Position numbers and translations under genes: made by a program. Below, piece by piece: positions 17,726 to 27,100 of a DNA stretch of 64,000 nucleotides. Origin of the DNA: Candidatus Omnitrophota bacterium (GTDB lineage Bacteria > Omnitrophota > Gorgyraeia > JAHIPI01); the NCBI GenBank assembly GCA_016783745.1, contig JADHVZ010000007.1, positions 259 to 64,258 of the forward strand, given 5' to 3'. Numbering within the stretch: the first letter of the stretch is position 1; every line of letters begins with the position of its first letter. The notes beneath the pieces were generated by a model. That model saw nothing but the letters and a program-made list of their open reading frames with translations, did no database searches and was not told the DNA's origin.

Positions 17726-19059
17726 ATCGCCTTCTTTAAAGCCTCCGCGAAATTTTCTATCTCTTCCTTCGTTCTTTTCTCTGTAACGGCTACTAAAAGG
17801 TACTTTTTCATGTCATTATAATATTTCCCGAGAGGCAGGCCCGCCAGGAAATTCTGCGCTATCATCTTCTCCGCCACTTTGTCGGCGTCCGTCGGCAAAA
17901 GTACGGTAAATTCATTAAACGTCGGCGAACTTCTCTTTACTTCAACGCCTTCGATCTTATCTAACAGCCCCTTAGCGTATTCGGCTTTATCGTGAACAAG
18001 TTGAGCAAGCTCACGAAGCCCTTCTTTGCCGAGGCTTGAAAGATACACTATCGCCCTTAACGCGCAAAGGGCTTCATTTGAGCATATGTTTGATGTCGCC
18101 TTTTCCCGTCTTATGTGCTGCTCCCTGGCCTGTAACGTCAGCACAAACCCCCGTTTTCCGTTTTTATCGAGAGTTGCGCCCGCGATCCTGCCTGGTATCT
18201 TTCTGGCAAGTTTTTTTGTCACTGCCATAAACCCTAAATACGGCCCGCCGAAGGAAAGCGGCAGCCCCATGCTCTGGCCTTCTCCGGTAACAATATCAGC
18301 GCCCATCTCGCGCGGGCTTTTTAAAATACCGAGTGATATCGGATAGGCGGATTCGATCGCAAGGGCGCCCGCGGAATGCGCTTTATCGATTATGTCGGAG
18401 TGATCGTCGACAGCTCCGAAAAAATTAGGATTCTGTAAGATTATAGCGGCTGTCTCCTTGTCGATATATTTAAACATCTCTTTTCGCGTTGATTGGCCGT
18501 GGCTTACGGGTATCTCCGCAAACTCAATAGAAAGGTTGCTTGTATAGGCGTATAGGATCTTTCTATATATAGGGTTTACTCCGCTGTCAACGACGATTTT
18601 CTTTCTGCCCGTTGCCCTTATAGCCACCATTGCCGCCTCATAGAGCGCGGTACCGCCTTCATAAAGCGAAGCGTTAGCTATATCCATGCCTGTAAGCGCG
18701 CAGATCGCGCTCTGGTATTCATACATCGCCTGAAGCGTCCCCTGGGAGCATTCGCTCTGGTAAGGCGTATAAGCTGTGTAAAACTCCGCCCGCCCGGAAA
18801 TGGCATCGACAACAGAAGGGATATAATGGTCGTAAAAACCGGCGCCTAAAAATTTTACAATAGTAGAGTGATTCCGGCCGGCAAGACCTTTAAAATGACT
18901 TATGATCTCCTGCTCAGACTTTCCGTCGGGAATATTGAAAGATTTCGGCCTGTATGAAGGCTTTATATCTTTAAATAACTCTTCGATAGAACCGACGCCT
19001 ATTGTTTTCAGCATCGAGATTATTTCTTCTTTTGTATGCGGCGTGTAATAGCTACTCAT
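17722..19059 (-). CDS. gcvPA: Glycine dehydrogenase (decarboxylating) subunit 1
   Basis: 445 aa with N-terminal YTPHTKEE...ML and a length and pattern typical of GcvPA. Stop/start overlaps with the neighbouring genes. Confidence 0.9.
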   Translation of the reverse strand: MSSYYTPHTKEEIISMLKTIGVGSIEELFKDIKPSYRPKSFNIPDGKSEQEIISHFKGLAGRNHSTIVKFLGAGFYDHYIPSVVDAISGRAEFYTAYTPYQSECSQGTLQAMYEYQSAICALTGMDIANASLYEGGTALYEAAMVAIRATGRKKIVVDSGVNPIYRKILYAYTSNLSIEFAEIPVSHGQSTRKEMFKYIDKETAAIILQNPNFFGAVDDHSDIIDKAHSAGALAIESAYPISLGILKSPREMGADIVTGEGQSMGLPLSFGGPYLGFMAVTKKLARKIPGRIAGATLDKNGKRGFVLTLQAREQHIRREKATSNICSNEALCALRAIVYLSSLGKEGLRELAQLVHDKAEYAKGLLDKIEGVEVKRSSPTFNEFTVLLPTDADKVAEKMIAQNFLAGLPLGKYYNDMKKYLLVAVTEKRTKEEIENFAEALKKAI

Positions 19060-19447
19060 GATCTCCCAGCGTTTTCACATATTCGGCGTATTTTTTGCTG
19101 TCCATAAGATTATTTTTTTCGGATTCATCTTTGATCTCGATCACGGCTATCCAGCCTTCGGCATAAGGGGACTTATTAACGGCTTCCGGTGCGGATTCCA
19201 GGCTGCCGTTGACTTCCGTCACTTTACCCGACATCGGCGCGTATATATCGCTTGCGGCTTTGACAGAATCAATTGTAGCGAGGCCTTCGGACTGCTTCAC
19301 TTCCCTGCCGACCTCGGGTACCTCGACATAAGTAACGTCTCCCAGTTGTGACTGAGCAAAGTCTGAGATGCCGACCTTGCCTTTATTACCTTCAATAAGC
19401 ACCCACTCATGTTCTTTGGTATATAATAGATCATCCGGTATATTCAT
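19052..19447 (-). CDS. gcvH: Glycine cleavage system H protein (lipoyl carrier)
   Basis: YTKEHEWV start region and lipoyl-lysine motif ESVKAASDIYAPMSG. The true start is probably the second ATG (MNIPDD), which has a GGAGA RBS. Confidence 0.9.
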   Translation of the reverse strand: MNIPDDLLYTKEHEWVLIEGNKGKVGISDFAQSQLGDVTYVEVPEVGREVKQSEGLATIDSVKAASDIYAPMSGKVTEVNGSLESAPEAVNKSPYAEGWIAVIEIKDESEKNNLMDSKKYAEYVKTLGDHE

Positions 19448-19458
19448 GACTTCTCCCA

Positions 19459-20577
19459 TTATACTACGTTCGAGCCTTGTATAGAACTTTTTTTATAAAA
19501 TGGTTTCTCTACTACGGCTGCCTTTATCTCAGCGGGGCCGTGTTTTATCACGATGGCCTCGCCTGCTTTGGAAAATTTTACGTCGACATAACCCAAGCCT
19601 ATCCCGCAGGAGAGACTTGGTGAAAAGCTGCCGCTTGTCACTTTTCCTATCTCTTTACCGTCTTTTAAGATAGAATAATCATGCCGCGGCGCGCGTCGTG
19701 AATCCGTTTTAAAGGCTATAAGGATCTTTTGAACGCCTTCTTTCTTTTGCCTTACTAAAGCGTCTTTACCGATAAAATCTCTATCAAAATTTACAAATCT
19801 CTCCAGATTCGCCTCGAGCGGAGTCGTTTCTTCGGTGACATCCCGGCCGTATAGGCTGAAACCCATTTCAAGCCTCAGGGTATCGCGCGCGCCCAATCCG
19901 GCGGGCTTCAACCTCTTGTCCTTTAAGAGGTGGTTCCACAACTCGGCTGCTTTTCCGGAGCTTATATAAAACTCATAACCAAGTTCGCCGGTGTAGCCGG
20001 TACGGCTGACTATACTTTTCTCACCCAGGACATCAAAATACTCGAAAGTATAATATTTCAGCCGCCCTATGTCCGGGCTTATTAATCCCGTAACTATTTC
20101 CCGCGAAAGAGGCCCCTGCAGATCAAGCTTCGCGAGCTTTTCTGAGCGGTTTTCAAAGATAGCGCCTTTTTTAAGATTGGCCTTGATGTGCTCCGCGTCT
20201 TTATCTATAGTAGCGGAATTGACGACCACCATCCATTCATCACGGGAGAGCCTATAAACTATAAGGTCATCTTTTATGCCGCCTTCTTTGTTTAACATGG
20301 GGCCGTAACGGCATTTTCCGACTGATATATTGCCTATAGAGAAAGAAAATATATTTTCCAGTCCGGTATCCGCCGCATCGCCCTTAATATAGAATTCACC
20401 CATATGGCATATGTCAAATAGGGATGCTTGCGTCCTTGTGTGGCTGTGCTCGGCAATGATCCCCTCATACTGGATGGGCATATTCCATCCGGCAAAAGGG
20501 ACCATTTTGGCGCTTGATTTTATGTGCTCATTCAGGAGCGGTGTGGATTTTAGGTTTGGCTGCATATCATACTTCAT
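19459..20577 (-). CDS. gcvT: Aminomethyltransferase (glycine cleavage T protein)
   Basis: STPLLNEHIKSSAKMVPFAGWNMPIQY is the canonical GcvT N-terminus. Start is placed at the internal Met with an AGGCGGA RBS. The track ORF extends to 20598. Confidence 0.9.
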   Translation of the reverse strand: MKYDMQPNLKSTPLLNEHIKSSAKMVPFAGWNMPIQYEGIIAEHSHTRTQASLFDICHMGEFYIKGDAADTGLENIFSFSIGNISVGKCRYGPMLNKEGGIKDDLIVYRLSRDEWMVVVNSATIDKDAEHIKANLKKGAIFENRSEKLAKLDLQGPLSREIVTGLISPDIGRLKYYTFEYFDVLGEKSIVSRTGYTGELGYEFYISSGKAAELWNHLLKDKRLKPAGLGARDTLRLEMGFSLYGRDVTEETTPLEANLERFVNFDRDFIGKDALVRQKKEGVQKILIAFKTDSRRAPRHDYSILKDGKEIGKVTSGSFSPSLSCGIGLGYVDVKFSKAGEAIVIKHGPAEIKAAVVEKPFYKKSSIQGSNVV

Positions 20578-20879
20578 CTGGCATATCCGCCTTCGCACAT
20601 ATTCTGTAGTTCAGGGTAGAATGGCTACGGCGGATTAATGCCCCCGCCTATGGCGGGGTCATTAAAAAATGCCTGAGCGAAAACCCAGGCATACGATTTT
20701 CATCGCCGGCTCCTTGACATGCTCGCGATGACCCTGAGCGTAGTCGAAGGGCCTGTTTACTTCACCATGGTCAATTCCATGAAGCCAGAAGTATCATTTA
20801 TAGTTGTTTACTGCTTATAATTATAGTATTAATAAACACACTTGTAAAGCTAAAATTAATAGGGACAGATACCTATTTT

Positions 20880-23540
20880 TTACCTCACATCGAATCGGAC
20901 GGATCTGGGTTCTGATTCAAGCCCGTCTTTATCTCTTGCCTTGACTTGCAAGGCGTGTTCGCCTATATCCAGTCCGCTTGAGATAGAGCCTACTAAAACA
21001 TGATACTCGGATCCCCAATTCGACCATTCTCCATGGTCAATATTGTAAGAATACACGAGGTCACGTCCGTCTTCGGCGTCATTGCCTAACCAATAGACTA
21101 CGAGATTCTGGTAGTTTTCCGCCAATAAGATCGTAGGACGGGATTCTTGTGCTTTTATAGTTATGGTTATCTCTTCTTCGGTTATTGACTTTGGTTGTCC
21201 TGAGGTGTTTAAGTCTTCTGCCGAGAAAGTAACCCTGTACTCTCCTGTTCTATTGTCCTTCGGATACCAGAAGAAGTAATAACCGCTATCGGATAAATTG
21301 TGGCCATTTCTTCTCCACCATTCGACCATAGATGCGGATAGTGGCCTAAAGTATGCCTCTTCCGGGAGACCATCCATGCTATACCGGATTTCGTCTCCGT
21401 CGGGGTCGGTCGCCGATATCGGGAAATAGAAATATTCTCCGACTGATATCTCTTTATCCCCTATCGGAAGCAGAACCGGAGAACTATTACTCTGGGTAAC
21501 GGATCTTGCCGCCTCCTGAGTATTTCCATACGCCCCAAGGTTTATTCTTCCGCCATTCGGCCCTAATTCGTTAGAATAATCTTCCGCAGGATCACCTGCG
21601 TCAATACACAGCGAATCTTCTCTTATACGCAGATCTTCCTTTGAGACAAACATCGGGTCTACATCTATATTGTTACCGAGCTCTCCGACGCTGCCGTTAT
21701 TGTCGCTTAATCCTTCGATGTTGTTATAAGTCACGCTATCATAATCTATACTGTCGCTCCCGTCAGACACATTGAAGAGGTACACATTTTCCTTCAGCTT
21801 TGAAGTAGGGGCGCTCGTCGTATTTCCGTAGACTATATTGTTCCTCACATCCAGATCCGCACTGGTGATCGCGAAAATACCGCTGCCGTTACTGCCTCTT
21901 TCGGTGGCATTGTGGACAATAGTATTATTCACCAATTCTAACGTGCCTGAACCGAGCGCCGTAGCGTATACTCCGCCGGCGGCTTGCGCGCTATTATTGG
22001 CTATCAGATTGTTCCGGATGCTGCAGTGTGCATTTCCGCTGCTGCTGGTTATTGAGATACCGCCTCCGGCTGTCCATGCGGCGGCATTATTACTGACCAC
22101 GTTATCGGTGATCGTGGCTGTTCTGATGCCGTTTCCAAGACATACGCCGCTTCCGTAGTTATCTCTGATGACGCTATCTTCTACGTAGATATCATCTATC
22201 CTTGCCGCATAGATACCGCCGTTTGTATAGTCAGAATCGACGTAGCCGGTCCCTCCGTTTGTGATCTTTAATCCTCTGATCGTCACACTGCCGTCAAAAT
22301 CATGGACATAGACGGTCGACGTACTGCCGTTGCCGCGGATCTCGGGCATAGCATCGGTGCTTCCGAAATTCGCTGCCATGGTGATCGGCCTTGTGATTTC
22401 CACGTTCTCCATGTATACGCCGGGTTCTATGAAGACTTCTCCGCCGTCATCGACGTTGTCTATAGCTTCCTGTATGGAAGCGAAGACAGTTTCATCATCT
22501 CCGCTTGCGTTAAGGTCAACTCTTGTTCTTTGGTAACCCCGACGCATAGGGACGTCGTATGTGATATCATGGACTTTATCGGAGAAACTGAACTGACCAC
22601 TTTTGAAACGTCTGTACCTCCGTACCCTGGCTTCTAAGGTGTAAGACAGATAGGTCGTATTGCCTCCCGAACTTTGGCTATACCTTGCTACGTTAGTCAA
22701 TTCGTAATACCCATCACTGTCCGTTATCGTGGTATATCCTATAGCATTGCCGCGCGCCATGGCAGAAGCGCTTACTGTGGCTCCAGCAATTGCCCTATCT
22801 GTAGCAGCATCATAGACATGGCCGCTGATAGTGCCGGGGCCCCACCATATGAATTGCACTATCACATTGTACTCGAAATCGTACGTACCTTGTGAAAAAA
22901 CGAGAGCTCCACTGTGGAACTCATCATGGTCCTCCTCAACGACATGTAATGTGTAACTAAGATATATCCTCTGTCTGTCACCTGCATGGACATACCTGAG
23001 CACATCGAATAGATATTCTCCGTCGCTGTTCGTCGTGGTCTCATATTCACGGGTGCCGTCGCTTGAAGTAAGTGTCACAGTAGCTCCCGAAAACCGCTCG
23101 GCGTGGTCGCGAACATAGCTGTACACAACACCTCTTATGGTGCCGCTGCTCGATTCGCGAGGAGTCAAAGCTACGTCATGGGTTATCACCATTACACCTT
23201 CAGAGAATGCGAGCGGCTGTTCGGTGTAATACACCTTATATCCTTGTGTTCCGGCAGCTATGTCATAGTTTCTCCATCCGCTTACCTCATCACCTCTCTC
23301 CAGATCGGTAAATACATACTCTCCGTTACTGTCTGTTGAAGTGACAATATAGCCATAGCCTATTAATATAACGGTAGCGTCAGCTAATGCCTCATTTGTC
23401 TCCATATCGTAGACTCTACCCCTTACCGTGCCTGAAGGCTCAGGAGTAAGCGCTACGTCATGAGTGATATCCTCTACCGTAGCGGAAAATACGAGCCAGC
23501 TGCTCTCATAATCCTCATACCCGTCTTTCTGAACATTCAC
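20880..23540 (-). CDS. Large beta-helix protein with three carboxypeptidase-regulatory-like (CarbopepD_reg) domains
   Basis: Three N-terminal repeats of the GT[VI]RGxVYD...ATV...TDSNGEY..F..L type. Central right-handed parallel beta-helix repeats (NNxIxxN runs, for example NNTIVHNATERG and RNNIVYGNTT). GTG start with no obvious signal peptide. Confidence 0.65.
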   Translation of the reverse strand: MNVQKDGYEDYESSWLVFSATVEDITHDVALTPEPSGTVRGRVYDMETNEALADATVILIGYGYIVTSTDSNGEYVFTDLERGDEVSGWRNYDIAAGTQGYKVYYTEQPLAFSEGVMVITHDVALTPRESSSGTIRGVVYSYVRDHAERFSGATVTLTSSDGTREYETTTNSDGEYLFDVLRYVHAGDRQRIYLSYTLHVVEEDHDEFHSGALVFSQGTYDFEYNVIVQFIWWGPGTISGHVYDAATDRAIAGATVSASAMARGNAIGYTTITDSDGYYELTNVARYSQSSGGNTTYLSYTLEARVRRYRRFKSGQFSFSDKVHDITYDVPMRRGYQRTRVDLNASGDDETVFASIQEAIDNVDDGGEVFIEPGVYMENVEITRPITMAANFGSTDAMPEIRGNGSTSTVYVHDFDGSVTIRGLKITNGGTGYVDSDYTNGGIYAARIDDIYVEDSVIRDNYGSGVCLGNGIRTATITDNVVSNNAAAWTAGGGISITSSSGNAHCSIRNNLIANNSAQAAGGVYATALGSGTLELVNNTIVHNATERGSNGSGIFAITSADLDVRNNIVYGNTTSAPTSKLKENVYLFNVSDGSDSIDYDSVTYNNIEGLSDNNGSVGELGNNIDVDPMFVSKEDLRIREDSLCIDAGDPAEDYSNELGPNGGRINLGAYGNTQEAARSVTQSNSSPVLLPIGDKEISVGEYFYFPISATDPDGDEIRYSMDGLPEEAYFRPLSASMVEWWRRNGHNLSDSGYYFFWYPKDNRTGEYRVTFSAEDLNTSGQPKSITEEEITITIKAQESRPTILLAENYQNLVVYWLGNDAEDGRDLVYSYNIDHGEWSNWGSEYHVLVGSISSGLDIGEHALQVKARDKDGLESEPRSVRFDVR

Positions 23541-23564
23541 CCTGTAATTGCTTAAAGAGCCGGT

Positions 23565-24119
23565 TTAGCGTCTAAAATGCCCAAGAATTTTCGCTTCGCC
23601 TAATACGTGGCCATTAATAGCCTGTAGAAGCTCTTTCTTAGTCAGCCCCGACTCCAGATCAAGCATAGCATCGAGAGCATATAACTTAAAATAATACCTA
23701 TGCGGGCCTCCGGGTGGAGGACAAGGCCCACCGTAGCCGATCTTCCTAAAATCGGTCATCCCCTGCTTTGCCCCATTGGAAAGCGCCTCATCAGCCGGCA
23801 CATCTTCCGGCAATTCAATAACACCGGCAGGAATATCGTATACCACCCAGTGCACCCATGTCATACCCGGCGCGTCAGGATCATCACATATTAGCGCGAA
23901 ACTCTGTGTTCCGTCAGGAATTTCACTCCAACTCAACTGAGGAGATACATCAGCGCCGCTGCATGTATACTTCGCGTCTATTATATCTCCGTCTTTAAAG
24001 GCCGCGCTTTTTAATTCCAAAGCCATAACTTCACCTCCCGCGAATATTAAACAACCCACTATTAATAATGCGATAAACTTTATCTTCATATGCCCACCTC
24101 CTATTCTCGATTCTATCAT
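23565..24119 (-). CDS. YbhB/YbcL-family (PEBP/Raf-kinase-inhibitor-like) secreted protein
   Basis: Signal peptide, then CDDPDAPGMTWVHWVVYDIP ... GYGGPCPPPGGPHRYYFKLYALD, the hallmark of bacterial PEBP proteins. Confidence 0.75.
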   Translation of the reverse strand: MIESRIGGGHMKIKFIALLIVGCLIFAGGEVMALELKSAAFKDGDIIDAKYTCSGADVSPQLSWSEIPDGTQSFALICDDPDAPGMTWVHWVVYDIPAGVIELPEDVPADEALSNGAKQGMTDFRKIGYGGPCPPPGGPHRYYFKLYALDAMLDLESGLTKKELLQAINGHVLGEAKILGHFRR

Positions 24120-24149
24120 ATTACCACTGTATTAACAATTATAATTAGT

Positions 24150-24188
24150 ATAATTAGGGACGGAGCCTAATTAGGCTCCGTCCCTAAT
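24150..24188. repeat. Second copy of the 40-bp palindrome TAATTAGGGACGGAGCCTAATTAGGCTCCGTCCCTAATT (REP-like)
   Basis: Identical to 4720-4759 except for the last base. Located just 3-prime of the 1676-aa gene (minus strand) in a terminator position. Confidence 0.9.
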
Positions 24189-24190
24189 TC

Positions 24191-27100
24191 TTAGTACACT
24201 CCCATGCCCGCACAATTACTATTCTGCGGGGTGTAGTCGTAGTCATCAGGGTCCCTGAAATATGGATCTTCGCTTATAGTCTCAAATATGCCTTCTCCGG
24301 CCACATCATACTGCTGGATATCAGAATTGAGAATGGTTATCGATAGAGCTTCATTATCACTTTGAGAAATATCCATGGGATCTTCTGTGTCATTAGTGTT
24401 ATTCCACATAATTGAATTGACCACACTAAGTTGATCGTTACCGTAACGGCCGGCGATCCCTGTATTATTCCTGTGCACAGCCCCATAATTGACTTTACCA
24501 TAACCACTTTGTCCATAGCCATTCTGGTAAGAATAAGTCATTAAGTCACAATAATTATCCGCTATTGTCGAACGGATGGCATAAAAAGCGGCATAGTTAT
24601 CCAGGAATATCGCGCCGCAATAGGAATCCGGCCCTGCCAGATATAGTGAAGCGGGCTGAGCAAGCCTGACCGTAAGATTATAATTATCAGCTATCAGGGT
24701 ATTATTAATACGCAGTGTTGATTGCCATAGAGTGTATACAGCCGATGCCCTTATGCCTTCGTTATCTATGATCCTGCAGTTGTTAAGTGTGAGATTCTCC
24801 GCATAGCTTTGTATGGGGCCATTCACACTTATGCCTCTATATCCCCTTATAGTAATTCCTTCTATCGCCACATCGCCTAAGCCTCCGAATGGATTTGCGT
24901 CGGTCGGCGTATGGCCGGGTACTTTTATCAAAATATGGTATCCTCCAAGCATGAAGACAGTGTTTTCAGGATCAGGATCCCTTGAGATCAAAGTGATATC
25001 TTGCGCGATCTCCAGATTTGAGGTAAATTGATAGATACTCGGAGTTATTTCTATTTCTTCTCCATCGTAAGCATTGTCTATTCTTGCTTTCAGTTGTTCA
25101 AAGTCCATCGTATTGTCGGCAACGCTTATAAGATCACTTTTTATCACAGCATCGCTTCCTCCGGGTCCTGTGACAGTAAGGGTTACATCGTAGTCTCCCG
25201 CCTCAGTATATGTATGGCTTGGCCTATCACCGTAGCCTGTATTGCCGTCTCCGAAGTCCCAGCTCCAATCGTATATTGTGCCCGTAGACGTGTTCACAAA
25301 GTATACTGTCAGAGGAGCCGCCCGTTCCGTCGGAGAAGCTGTAAAGTCAGCCGTTGGGAGCGGATAGGTTACATTGATAAAATTGATCTTTCTTTCTTCA
25401 GCGCTGCCACCGAGCCTGCCTATTACAATAAGCCGCACTGTATAAATACCCGGGCTTCTATATTCATGGGTAGGATTTCGCTCGCTGCCTATCCCGCCGT
25501 CACCAAAGCTCCATGCCCAGTATGAAATATCCCCTTCTGAGTTGTCCAAAAATTGTACGGTATGAGGTGCGGGGCCTGCCCTTGAGGAAAACTCTGGATC
25601 AATGTCAAAAACCGCTTTTAAAGACGAGCCGCTTACAGTCACAAGGCCTGCCTTAGTCTCAGTGTTACTTCCTCCCGGGCCTGTAGCCGTAAGAGCCACA
25701 TTATAAGTACCAGCTATATTATAGGTATGGCTTACCATCTGGCCGTATCCTGACTGTATTATATTGTCGTATCCTGACTCGTCCCCGAAGTTCCACTGTA
25801 AGGTGGATATGGTACCCATTGATGTATCTGTGAATGCCACTGTTAAGGGCGCATCTCCGCTCGTGCGACTGGTTGTGAAATTTGCCACAGGCGGATCAGG
25901 TATTTGGGCAGTGACTGTTATATAACTAAGCTTCATCTCATCGTCCCATCTGCGGCTTGGACCTCTCACTGCAAGGGCCACAGGATAGACTCCGGGATTA
26001 TTATAGATGTACAAAGGATTCTGTTCCCTGCTACTACCCCCGTCTCCAAAGTTCCAGAACCACTCGATAATATTGCCTGTAGATAGATCACTGAACTGTA
26101 TAGTAAGAGGTGCAAGTCCTGTTCTTGGATATCTTGCTGAGACACCGAAGCCTGCCACCGGAGCGGGGCTGCTAACTGTTACAAGGTTAGTCTTTACCTC
26201 TTCGTCGCTTCCTCCGGGGCCTGTAGCGGTCAAGCTTACAGTATATGTACCCGGATCATTATAGGTATGTGTTACGGTTTCACCATAGCCTGATTGTAAG
26301 ATGTTGCCGTAGCCTGACTGGTCTCCGAAGTTCCATGCGCTGCTTGTTATAGTGCCTGTGGATGTGTTGGTAAATGTCACCGTAAGCGGCGCATCTCCGC
26401 TCGTGGGACTGGTTGTGAAATTTGCCACAGGCGGATCGGGCGTCGGAGCGGTAACGGTTATATACCGTTTCTTTGTCATCGAGTCTCTCACGTCAGGACC
26501 TGACGCTATAAGCGTCACATTGTACGTGCCGGGGGTATTATAGGTATAGAAAGGGTTCTTTTTTGTATCTCTGCTCACTTGAACGCCGTCATGGAAATAC
26601 CACTGCCGGCTTGTAAAGTCTTCCGTAGATTCATCCTTGAATTGCACTGTAAGCGGCGCTGCCCCGTTTGTTGGAGTAGCGGTAAAGTCCGTGACAGAAG
26701 GGTCAGGTTGCGGTTCGGAGACAATTACATAGTCCTCCTTTATTACATAATCACTGCCGCCCGGGCCCCTGACAGCGTAGATGATATTGTAGGTGCCGGG
26801 TGTATTGTAAGTGTAGCTTGGGTCTTTCTCGGTGCTGATACTCTGCATGTCCACTCCAAATGACCATATATGATTGGTGACCTCGCCCACGGCCAGGGAT
26901 GTGAAGTGTATAGTAAGCGGCGCTTCATCTGTAGGCGGGTCGGGAGAGGTCGTGAAGTCCGCGGTAGGAGGAGGATACAGGATGGATATATAGTTATACT
27001 TTGTCTCTGTGTCTGTGTTTACGTCTGTTGTTATAGTAAGGCTTACCGTGCGATCTCCGGGATCATTGTATGTGTGTGTCGGGTCCTCTTGTGTGCTTGT

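Noticed and set aside
25028-25525. Antisense ORFs inside the 1676-aa gene and other large genes (for example 25028..25525, 26579..26863, 35358..35966, 9116..9517)
   Set aside because: They are fully nested opposite strongly supported long CDSs, have a low-complexity composition and lack motifs, so they are spurious.
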